Positions 21,606 through 31,943 of a stretch of DNA of 31,943 nucleotides are shown here, in pieces. The stretch covers positions 1-31,943 of the forward strand of contig NIVC01002799.1 of NCBI GenBank assembly GCA_002269645.1, given 5' to 3'. The position numbers were made by a program, and so were the translations under genes. The DNA is from Macrostomum lignano (Eukaryota). Positions within the stretch are counted from its first letter, which is position 1, and each line of letters starts with the position of its first letter. The notes under the pieces were generated by a model. The model worked only from the letters and a program-made list of their open reading frames with translations, was not told where the DNA came from and did no database searches.

Positions 21606-23384
21606 CTACTCAAAGGTTGTCGAGTCCACCTTGCGCGGCACAGCCGCCAGAGGGTCAGCCACGTTCATGATCATGTGGTCAAACACGGCCACGGCGTAAG
21701 CTACTCCGGACGATGTGTCCGGGCCCACATGGACGGCCGACCAGCCGACTCGCTTGCTGGCGCAGTCTAGCAGCTGCATGTAGTGGAAGGCGCACTTCCT
21801 CTGCTCGTCGTCCTGCGAGGCAACCAGGAATTCGATTGGGGTCCTGCAGGTAGAGAGTAGTGTGCGTACACTGTTTTAGGTTTTAAGTAGAATATAGAAA
21901 TAAGGATATTAGACATACTGAATTATACATCGAGACAGATAAACTAGCGTTTAGGGATTTGCATAAAAAACTCACTCAATTTGGTACCACATATTGACAG
22001 ATTCCACAGGCAGCTGATCGAAGTCCTCGAACTCGATGCGGCTGGCCACCAGGCCGACAGTCTCGTCGCCGTCCTCTTCCTCGTCAAGGATTAGCATCGG
22101 CTGCTCGTATTCGTTGTCAAGCATCAACACAGCCGAGTAGCTCTGCAGTTCAGTCTGCAGCCTAGAGTTAAAGCCGTACTGAGCTTCGTAGTTGGCGAAT
22201 CGCTGGGCGAGCCTCTGGGCTGCCATGCAATATTCGTCACGACAGGTGACCGGCTTGCAACCGACGTGGCACAGTCGGGCCCGGTTGATGCGGTGCACGG
22301 CTCGGGTCAGGCCAGATAGAGACTCTTCATCACACTGTAGCTGCCTCATCTGCTCAGCCCGGTTGTCCAGAACAGAGTTGAGCTGGCTCATCACGATGCG
22401 CTTTTTCTCGCTGTAGTTAAATCTGACGACAAGAGGAGCCTGCTGCACAGGGGAAACCGGAGTTGCTCCATCACCATCTGGTCCGGCGATGGGGGCGGCT
22501 TCGATTGCGTATTCTTCAGCCTCTTCTTCCTCATATTCGACAGCTTCCTCTTCCTCGTATTCTGCTTCTTCACCGTATTCAGCAGCTTCCTCTTCTCCGT
22601 ATTCACCTTCTTCTTCTTCGTATTCACCTTCTTCTTCTCCGTATTCAGCAGCTTCCTCTTCTCCGTATTCACCTTCTTCTTCTTCGTATTCACCTTCTTC
22701 TTCTCCGTATTCAGCAGCTTCCTCTTCTCCATATTCAGCGGCTTCCTCTTCTCCATATTCAGCGGCTTCCTCTTCTCCATATTCAGCGGCTTCCTCTTCT
22801 CCATATTCAGCGGCTTCCTCTTCTCCATATTCAGCGGCTTCCTCTTCTCCGTATTCAGCGGCTTCCTCTTCTCCGTATTCAGCGGCTTCCTCTTCTCCGT
22901 ATTCAGCGGCTTTCTCTTCTCCATATTCAGCGGCTTCCTCTTCCTCGTATTCAGCGGCTTCCTCCTCGGCTTCAGCTCCCTCTTCGTGGTATTCTTCATG
23001 GTATTCAACTACCTCTTCATGGTATTCCTCATGGTATTCTTCATGGTATTCAACAGCCTCTTCGTGGTATTCTTCATGGTATTCAACTACCTCTTCATGG
23101 TATTCTTCATAGTATTCAACAACCTCTTCCTCGTTTTCAGCCTCCTCTTCGGCCCCCGCTTCCTCTTCTGCCTCGGCTGCATCATATTGGTAATCGTTGC
23201 GCCCAACAGCGTAGGCTTCGGTGGGATCGTCGGCCTCCTCATAGTATTGCTCGCCAGCCGCTCGTGGGACTTCGACTTCGTCGGCATCGTCAAAGTTCTG
23301 ACCTGCGACAGTTTTAGCCCTTGTTGAAGAAGATGCTTCGCTGCCACTGGCGGCGTTGCCTTTGTTCTTGTTGACGATGACCAT
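21606..23384 (-). CDS. CAP/SCP (GAPR-1 or group-2 VAL-like) domain protein with a long N-terminal Glu/Tyr repeat, 2 exons (23384-21976, 21843-21606), about 548 aa
   Basis: The phase-2 splice GA|gtgagt...ctctctacctgcag|G gives ...VESVNMWYQIETPIEF...CAFHYMQLLDCASKRVGWSAV...AYAVAVFDHMIMNV..., matching CAP C-terminal motifs (WY.E, HFTQ.VW, VG, VV.Y). AVHRINRARLCHVGCKPV...AAQRLA matches the HN..R..HG..PL...AQ start of the domain. No signal peptide. Family assignment is by eye. Confidence 0.72.
22540..23125 (-). repeat. In-frame coding repeats (AAEYGEEE)n and (EYHE)n within the CAP gene
   Basis: 24-bp and shorter in-frame units inside ORF 21972..23384. Confidence 0.9.
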
Positions 23385-23643
23385 GGTTATCTAATTACGC
23401 TCGTATCTTATCTTAGGGGAGAGGAGAGAGCAGTGAAAGTCCAAGTGTCAGCGCGGTGGATCGTAGGTGGGGCGGTCTGTCTGGTAAACGATTTTCTAAC
23501 TGATAAAAAAGTCGGCTGTAAATCTTCTAAATATACTAAATCTCTTCTTATACTGTTTTAGAATGATAAAAAGAGCTATATAGGAATGGGGTTGTCTGTG
23601 GTGTGGTGAAAATGGAGGCGATGTGGGTGGCAGGGCGGTCTAA

Positions 23644-23822
23644 GCCAATTGGTTTGGGCTGACCAAAGTCGCAGGGTCGGTAAGCGCCAATCAGTGACGA
23701 GAAAAGTCGAGAGCGTAGGCCTAGGGGTGTGAAATGGTGGGCTAGTTGAGTTTTGCGCACAGCGGGGTGCAAACAATTCTAGTGGGGGTAATCTAAACTT
23801 GCCAAACCAAGCGGCCAATCAG
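23644..23822. promoter_or_regulatory. Candidate promoter cluster upstream of the CAP gene: three CCAAT boxes and a CRE-like half site
   Basis: CCAATTGG at 23645-23652, GCCAATCAG-TGACG at 23686-23699 and GCCAATCAG at 23814-23822, all 260-440 nt upstream of the ATG. Confidence 0.35.
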
Positions 23823-25310
23823 CGTAAAGCAGCCAGATGATAAACTAATTGAGACCTTTATCGGCGCGTTCTGCGTTGTAGTCCGATTGTGCGAAGTCCG
23901 AAGTTTAGTAAGTTTCATTTTTAATCAATAGTTTATTAGATGGAGTTAAATTAGATAATTTCATTAAATAAAATAACTTCGTGTTTAAATTAGTTTATTT
24001 CAAGATGCAGTCAGATTGTGTTTTGAACGGAATCGATAGAAGTTTAAATAATTTAAAAAAATCGTACTACGCTTGATTCAATTTCTCGTTTGCTACCCGT
24101 ACTATTACTACTACAAGTACTGTCGAAATAGCAAATGTTGTTCAAAGTTTGCACATTTCAGAGTTTACGTTAGCATGAAATTTCCAGGTTTGTAGAATAG
24201 TCGAAGAGGCCAAATCCTCTTTATTTAAGGAGCTATATTTTTTAATAATTAATTTAGCTCTATAAGGCAAGGCAGGAGCTATATTTTTAAAAAAGGGCCC
24301 CCTCTCCCCCACTGGCTACGTTCCCTGAAGTTGTCCTATTAAGATGATACACCAAATTTAGCCCTGCATTCCTGCAATTATCCTACTTTTAGCGTCCAAA
24401 AACGCTCTCCGTGATTAATAAATGTCCCAACTCGCTTCGTAAGCACTAGACACCGTGTTAGAATCCCAATGAACAAATTCCCTATGATTTGAGCCCTGAC
24501 CATACTAATTTAAAACAATTTAATAATTTTAATTGTTTAAACAAAAAGATACGAAAGAGAAAAGCCGAAAAGCGACCCCCCCCGTATACTGAACAGACCA
24601 GCACGACTTGACCCGCCCACCCTCCTCGCTGACAAGTGTCAGTTGCCGAAATCCATGCAGTGCACGAGTCCACCTGTCAAGCTGGATTCCCTTGTCTCCT
24701 ATCTCCCCTATAGGGGATATAGCGGATTTAGTGCTGCCGCGATGGCGGTACAAGCGTATAGTCATATTCCTGAAATACCTTGTTAGCTTTAGTCGAGTTT
24801 CCTCTCCTTGCATGTGCTGCGCCGGCTCGTCGGGTCCCCCCCCCCTGAGGTGGGAGTGCTGCAGGCTACTGGAAGGTGGGGCTGTCGAACCCGCCAGATT
24901 CCCCAAATCGATAAGCTCGGTGATTAATTGACCCGGATACACTTTTCCGCCAGGTTATCATCGGGCTGCTGCCATTTTTTCTTTCTTTCTTTCGATTGCA
25001 ATTTTACTGTCGGTACGGCCGCAGAGGAAGTTCTACATAGCAAGTTGCGGTCTGCTTCATCTTCAGTTCACCTTCTCGGTCGGTTCCAACGCGTGACTTT
25101 TCAGTCAAAACGGCATTTTTCTCAACTTGCAATTAAATTTTTGAGAAGAAATTTGAGGCACACCCCGGCTCTCATTAATTTGGAGGGACGAAAACATTGC
25201 TGTTTTCTGCGTTTTCTGCTTTTTGAAGATGTTTTCTAGGAATGAAAAACTGCAACAAAAGTTTTATTTCCATGAACTCTGAGAGTTTTCTTTCAGATTA
25301 CTTTCCTTAC

Positions 25311-25823
<513 letters not shown>

Positions 25824-26469
25824 TTCTTTCGTTCTCGCTCTCTCTCGCTGTCTCTCTCTTTGTCATCCTGTAAGACTGTTTATCTGTTTTTGCCAAGTAT
25901 CTACCGGTACAGTCGTCGATGCAATTTTTAGAAAGAATTAGACGTTATGAAGAACGCTACCTTGTCAAGTTTTTATTTTTGAGCTGTGATGCGCAAAATT
26001 CAACAGAAATATAATTAGTGTACATAGCTCAGTATGCAACTTCAAACATATTCAATACAGACGCAGTTAAGTTGAACAGAGATTTATCAATCAGAAAATT
26101 GTTGGCCTGCCATGCAACGCAGCGCTGCTTTTTGATGCAGACACCCTCCAACAGACAATAACTGGGTTGCTAGCTTGTGCTTAAATCAAAGCAGACCCTG
26201 ACTTCTTGCGCTGCTGGTCGAAGTAGGAGTTCATGCGAACGTATAGGGTAAAGGAAAAGCAAAAAGTTATTGAGATGACAGTCTGAGCGAGCCAGAAACG
26301 CTACCTACTGAGCATTTTAGCTGTCACAATTTGCTTTGGACACTAGGGATGGCATGGTTGGCTTTGAGACGTGTTGGTTGCTAGTAAGGTGAGGTGATTA
26401 ATGAGGCTTGAGAAGCGCTTGAGGGTTTGAGAAGGCAAGCCGAGTGAAGCAAAATCTTTTTGTGTATAC

Positions 26470-26905
26470 ATGGATGTGTTGATAGGGTAGAGAGAGGTGT
26501 GTTGATAGGGTATAGAGATCGACAGGTGTGTTGATAGGGTATAGAGATCGAGAAGTGTGTTGATGGGTAGAGACGTGCGTTGATAGGGTAGAGAGGTGTG
26601 TTGATAGGGTATAGAGAGAGGTGCGTTGATGGGTAGAGACGTGTGTTGATAGGGTAGAGAGAGGTGTGTTGATAGGGTATAGAGATCGAGAAGTGTGTTG
26701 ATAGGGTATAGAGAGAGGTGTGTTGATGGGTAGAGACGTGCGTTGATAGGGTAGAGAGGTGTGTTGATAGGGTATAGAGAGAGGTGTATTGATAGGATGG
26801 AGAGAGGTGTGTTGATAGGGTATAGAGAGAGGTGTATTGATAGGATGGAGAGAGGTGTGTTGATAGGGTATAGATAGGTGTGTTGATGGGTAGGGAGGTG
26901 TGATT
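26470..26905. repeat. Imperfect minisatellite of about 25 bp (gagagaggtgtgttgatagggtata)
   Basis: Tandem units are visible downstream of the channel gene. Confidence 0.92.
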
Positions 26906-27240
26906 GAGGTTAGAGAGCGACTTTAATAAGGAGTTCGACAGCCGACCAAATGGGGACGATTCAGAAATTCGTACATGGATTTGAGCATCCCCAATTAGCA
27001 CAATACTCTTAGCCTTGCAGTGAAGTGAAACGCAAACACTCAAGTTAGTGCGTGACAGTTCGGCGGCGAGCTTTTTACAGTTGGAAGCTTCAGTTGCCAA
27101 GCGCCTATTCTACTACAAGGTTGAGCCTTGGAATAAAATCTCTTTAAATCTGGCTTCTAAATTAAAATATGAGTTAAAGATTACAATCGCAAGCTTGGAA
27201 GGAAGCGGGGCGCAGGCCGTTCATGAAAGAGCTGTCCATT

Positions 27241-30200
27241 TCACAGTCGGGTCTCTTTGCCGTCCGATAGGCTGTTCGGAGAGGCGGCACGGCTAGACGG
27301 CGCCGACGCGGCCGACTGCTGCAGCGGCGGCTCGCTTGCACCGTCGTGTCTGTGGAGGTCCGATCGGTCGCTCGGACTCTGCGATGCCGCTCGACCTTCG
27401 GCAGTTGGCCGAGCAATCAGCAGCGGCGATTGGAGCTCCGTCCAGGGATCGGAGTTGGCCGCTGCGGACGAGCGCTGCTGGCCCTTGTCGGCGGCGTCGC
27501 AATGGTTTCCATGGCAATCAGTTGGATAGTCGTCATCTTCGTCTTCTTCGTTGGTTCTCCGAGGGCTCAGCGCGTTGGAGACTCGGCGCACCATCGACAG
27601 GGCATAGTAGGAGCAGAGGATCAGAGAGATTTCGGCGAACTCGCATAGCGTTACCATGGAAACGCCGATCCAGAGGCCTGTATTGACAGCGATTTAATGG
27701 TCTTTTGTAACTTTGCATGACTCATATAGATGTCTGAGTTCATAACAATTGGGTTACGTGGTGTAGTTAAAATCCCTGCACCCACAGGCTATTCCCTCAT
27801 CCATGATAGGGCTATTAGATTAGCGATCCATTGCATTCATTCATCCATAGATTAGAAATCCATTCTATTCCGTCAGCCGCAATCTACATGTACATACGAG
27901 CTACTAGTAGCGTTCAACCCAGAGCAGTGGCTACTCACCCATGATGCCTCCTAGGTCGGAGAACAGATTCACCAGCTCGTAGCTGCGCTCCTCAAACAGC
28001 TGCCGCACGGTAAGGGTTTTCGGATAAACCCGCAGCTGCAGGAAGCTCTGCTTGATGATGTTATGCACCTGGACACAGTGCTCGTCATCTTCGAACAGGT
28101 CTGACTTCCTGTCCAGCTCCGTGTCCAGACAGCGACTCAGGTTCACTCTGTGATGCGTGATAGAAAAGTTGAGCGCATGCTCGGTGCTGGCATAATTGTC
28201 CAGCTTCCTCTGCATCATCTTGTTGATTTCGTCAACTCGCGACTTGAGCATGCCGGCTATGCGGGCCAAGCGGATTCGGGCGCCGCGAATTTGGAAATTG
28301 TGATCCGGCCAGCGGCTCTGGAACACCGAGAAGTCGTAGGTGGTGTAGTTGCAGATATTCAGGCAACTGGACTGCTTGCGGCCGGACTTCAAATAAGGCA
28401 TGGCGCATTTCAGGCGATTCAGACGGCGTTGAATCTCCGGGAATCGGTCGGCCAGTAGCTGAGCGGCGTCGAATCTGTCTGGCAGGTGCAGCCGGTCGAA
28501 GATGTCGGTGCGCATCCTGCCGGTGCTGCGGTCCAGCAGGCTGTAGTTGGCGATGCTTGGGTCAGTTTCAAAGAACTTGCGGATTCGCTGCAGCAGGCTG
28601 AGCAGGTCTGGCTTGTTCTGAGCGCCAAGGAGGTCGTGGCAGTATTCCAGCTGCGGCTGACCATCTGGCTCGGACTTAACGAGGCCTTCGACCGTGCATT
28701 TACAGTTGTCCCGAATCAGCTTCAGGTACTCGAATGTGGTGCAGTCAGCTAGCTGGTTTTCGTAGCTGGTGACGCTTCTGAAATTGGGATTGGTGTATTG
28801 ATTTTGAGCAGGCTTTTGAGCAATTTTTGCACCGACTATTGAGCAACATTGTGAGCTAGGACTACTCAAGTAGAAGGACGGGAAACTACAATACGTTTCT
28901 GAGAAAATTTTAGGAGGCTGGTTTTACCGAAGAAATACACTACGGAGATACAAGCGCAGGTTTTCATTTTTCAGCAAAAAATTGCTATTGTTTTTGATAG
29001 GAGGCAGATCCAATGTTCATCTTTTGATGTGTCTTGCCTCTCTTATATCTCTATTGATATTTATAAAGCTTTTCGTTTAGAAAACTAGGATTCTATGTTA
29101 ATTTTATATCCTACGTGCAATCGTACATGTACTTTCTCTGAATATCATAGAAATGGCACAGCTCGACTCATTGGTTTTAGGAATCAATTTTTTCATTCTT
29201 AGCTTATTGACTGTGTAACAATAATCTTCTATCACTCACACACGCTCACACAGGGTGTACAGCGGTCCTGACTTTCTAATCGGCAGACATGTACACTCTC
29301 TGTGCCCTCATGGGCGTGAATCGCACGAAAACCTTCCGGCCAACTTCGCGCACGGAATCGAACCAGGGGTCGTTTTGGAAGAGTCAAATGCATTTACCGC
29401 TGAGCTGCTCTGCGCCTCCCCATTGGTAGCGATGAACTTGTTGGGGATTCGAGCACGGGCTTTTCGTGCAACTAACGTCCATTAGTTCCAAAAGCCTTAG
29501 CACAGAGAGAGTGTACAACTGCCTGACGAAGAGAAAATCAAGGACCACTATTCACCCTGTGTGCGTGATCAGGGTCAGCAAAATGGGGTATAACTACTCG
29601 TCAGAACTGGGCATAAAGATCTTTCAAATTTGGCGCAACGCACGCCAATTCTAAACACTCTCTCGGCCCAAAAATTTCGCTACTCAGTATTTGAATTCGA
29701 TTGCAATGCGGCCGCAGTCAGAGCCCAACCTGCTGAGTTAGTTGGCTAAGGTCCGCTGCACTTGCCCTCAAGGCCGCTCAAGAGGTTGTGGCTAAGAGTG
29801 TGGGGGAAAATATGGATTGCAAGTCGCTCCGCCGTCTGTTTGCACCCTCCAGTTGAGAGCGGCCAGCCCACTCCAAGTGTTATTTAAGTGTGTTATTCTG
29901 CTCAACGCACGAGCAGGCGCAGCTCATCCCACGAGCTGTGCCGTATTTGGGCAGCCCCAGTTCATTGCTGCGGACTTTCACGCCGATGAACAAGCCTCTC
30001 GTCTGACAACCTCGGCTGCCCCGGTTGATAGAGAAAGCCTGTTTCGAGTCTTCTTCTATAATACTGCATTTTTGTCTCAGCAAGAGGAGTCAGGGACTGT
30101 GAGATGCAGAGAACAGTTTGAGTCGAATATGAGTGAGAAAATCCTATCTAAGCCAATCAGATGGGAAGTGAAGCTACGTTGGTTTGGGGAGTGAAGTCAC

Positions 30201-30514
30201 ACCGAGTGAAGTCACATCGATTTGGAAGTAGGCGACATTCGACCTATCTGAAAGGTCACATATCAGTCCGGGCTCACATATCAGTCGAGGGGGCATTCAC
30301 AATGCCACTTACCCCAGCAGGTGGTCGAAGGCGTGGAATCGGCCCTTCGGCTCGCACCGTTTCGTGGGGTGTTGGCCAGGCTGGTCTGCACCTGGTTGAG
30401 TGCCAGCACCGTCTGCATGCCGCTGGGAGAGTTGATGCCGTACTCGCTTGGGTAGGGGATCGTGTCCTGCGGGTTGGCGCAGCTTCAGCTGAATGATGGA
30501 GCATGGGGTTCAGT
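27241..30514 (-). CDS. 3' part of a DEG/ENaC/ASIC-family sodium channel gene (exons about 30514 or 30470-30313, 28777-27939, 27677-27241); 5' exons lie beyond the window
   Basis: Motifs: NPQDTIPYPSEYGINSPSGMQTVLALNQ, TPRNRC, thumb cysteines (DC...NCKC...YC...C...CLNICNYTTY...SRWP), LQLRVY, and YELVNLFSDLGGIMG|LWIGVSMVTLCEF with the G-x-S filter. Splice sites gtaagt/tttcag and gtgagt/atacag have compatible phases after one 1-nt correction near 30358. The 5' boundary of the first visible exon is unresolved. Confidence 0.85.
27788..27872. repeat. About two diverged units of the 41-bp satellite, inverted relative to the 30570-31943 array
   Basis: The reverse complement reads ggaatagaatggatttctaatctat...aatggatcgctaatctaatagcc...gatgagggaatag. 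Confidence 0.8.
29232..29420 (-). mobile_element. tRNA-derived SINE-like element, copy B, in the channel intron
   Basis: The reverse complement reads gcagctcagcggtaaa...cgacccctggttcgattccgtgc-gaagttggccggaagg...gcacagagagtgtacatg...caccctgtgtgagcgtgtgtgagtg and is collinear with copy A. Confidence 0.82.
29460..29570 (+). mobile_element. Degenerate 5'-truncated SINE copy C, inverted relative to copy B
   Basis: gcacagagagagtgtaca..tgcctgacga...aggacc...caccctgtgtgcgtg matches the SINE 3' half. Confidence 0.65.
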
Positions 30515-30569
30515 CTGAATTGAAACAAATTGGGGATTGTTAAGCTAATCTAGCCAACAGATAGATAAA

Positions 30570-31943
30570 GAAAGATAATGGATTGCTAATCTATAGCCAT
30601 CGCAGATGAAGGAATAGAATGGATTGCTAATCTATAGCTCCATCAGGGATGAAGGAATAGAATGAATTGCTAATCTATAGCTCCATCAGGGATGAAGGAA
30701 TAGAATGGATTGCTAATCTATAACCATCAGGGATGAAGGAATAGAATGGATTGCTAATCTATAGCCATCACGTGAAGGAATAGAATGGATTGCTAATCTA
30801 TAGCCATCACGGATGAAGGAATAGATGGATTGCTAATCTATAGCCATCGCAGATGAAGGAATAGAATGGATTGCTAATCTATAGCTCCATCAGGGATGAA
30901 GGAATAGAATGAATTGCTAATCTATAGCTCCATCAGGGATGAAGGAATAGAATGGATTGCTAATCTATAGCCATCACGGATGAAGGAATAGAATGGATTG
31001 CTAATCTATAGCCATCACGGATGAAGGAATAGAATGGATTGCTAATCTATAGCCATCACGGGATGAAGGAATAGAATGGATTGCTAATCTATAGCCATCA
31101 CGGATGAAGGAATAGAATGATTGCTAATCTATAGCCATCAGGGTTGAAGGAATAGAATGGATTGCCAATCTATAGCCATCAGGGTTGAAGGAATAGAATG
31201 GATTGCTAATCTATAGCCATCACGGATGAAGGAATAGAATGGATTGCTAATCTATAGCCATCGCAGAGAAGGAATAGAATGGATTGCTAATCTATAGCTC
31301 CATCAGGGATGAAGGAATAGAATGGATTGCTAATCTATAGCTCCATCAGGGATGAAGGAATAGAATGGATTGCTAATCTATAGCTCCATCAGGGATGAAG
31401 GAATAGAATGGATTGCTAATCTATAGCCATCACGGATGAAGGAATAGAATGGATTGCTAATCTATAGCCATCACGGATGAAGGAATAGAATGGATTGCTA
31501 ATCTATAGCCATCAGGGTTGAAGGAATAGAATGGATTGCTAATCTATAGCCATCAAGATGAAGGAATAGAATGGATTGCTAATCTATAGCCATCACGGAT
31601 GAAGGAATAGAATGGATTGCTAATCTATAGCCATCACGGATGAAGGAATAGAATGGATTGCTAATCTATAGCCATCAGGTTGAAGGAATAGAATGGATTG
31701 CTAATCTATAGCCATCACAGATGAAGAATAGAATGGATTGCTAATCTATAGCCATCACGATGAAGGAATAGAATGGATTGCTAATCTATAGCCATCACGG
31801 ATGAAGGAATAGAATGGATTGCTAATCTATAGCCATCACGGATGAAGGAATAGAATGGATTGCTAATCTATAGCCATCAGGGTTGAAGGAATAGAATGGA
31901 TTGCTAATCTATAACCATCAGGGTTGAAGGAATAGAATGGATT
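30570..31943. repeat. 41-bp minisatellite (gatgaaggaatagaatggattgctaatctatagccatcacg), more than 30 units, running off the window end; intronic to the channel gene
   Basis: 40-43 nt period visible directly. Confidence 0.97.

Noticed and set aside
24311-24327. MITE-like terminus actggctacgttccctg
   Set aside because: No matching left terminus or target duplication was found. At most it is a relic.
27650-27663. X-box-like palindrome GTTACCATGGAAAC
   Set aside because: It is dictated by the conserved G-V-S-M-V-T codons of the channel pore.
28778-28898. In-frame upstream extension of the large channel exon (SSPSSQCCSIVG...) from an acceptor at 28899
   Set aside because: It is AT-rich and not channel-like. 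The acceptor at 28778 gives a better alignment with the conserved thumb cysteines.
30570-31943. CRISPR-like regular repeats
   Set aside because: The units are contiguous with no unique spacers, there are no cas genes and the context is eukaryotic. The same applies to all other arrays here.

Overview
This is AT-rich, intron-containing eukaryotic (metazoan) genomic DNA with GC-rich exons, very short introns and many GC-rich minisatellites. It resembles a free-living flatworm such as Macrostomum, but that assignment is inference only. By manual splicing I can support, in order: (1) the 3' end of a + strand gene with a 31-nt intron and a C-terminal PDZ-binding-like motif; (2) the 3' exons of a - strand membrane-protein gene; (3) a tRNA-Thr(AGT) gene; (4) a 4-exon divergent AGC-like Ser/Thr kinase; (5) an intronless orphan ORF; (6) a 3-exon FoxJ1-type forkhead gene carrying two single-base deletions; (7) a 2-exon CAP/SCP-domain protein with a long Glu/Tyr repeat; and (8) the 3' three exons of a DEG/ENaC channel gene. 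Mobile DNA comprises three copies of a tRNA-headed SINE-like element and a 184-bp hAT-type MITE with an 8-bp target-site duplication. About a dozen unrelated tandem arrays, mostly intronic, account for most of the long ORFs in the track, which are not real genes. There is no CRISPR array, rRNA or prokaryotic system. All gene models are hand-made and none was checked against a database or RNA-seq.
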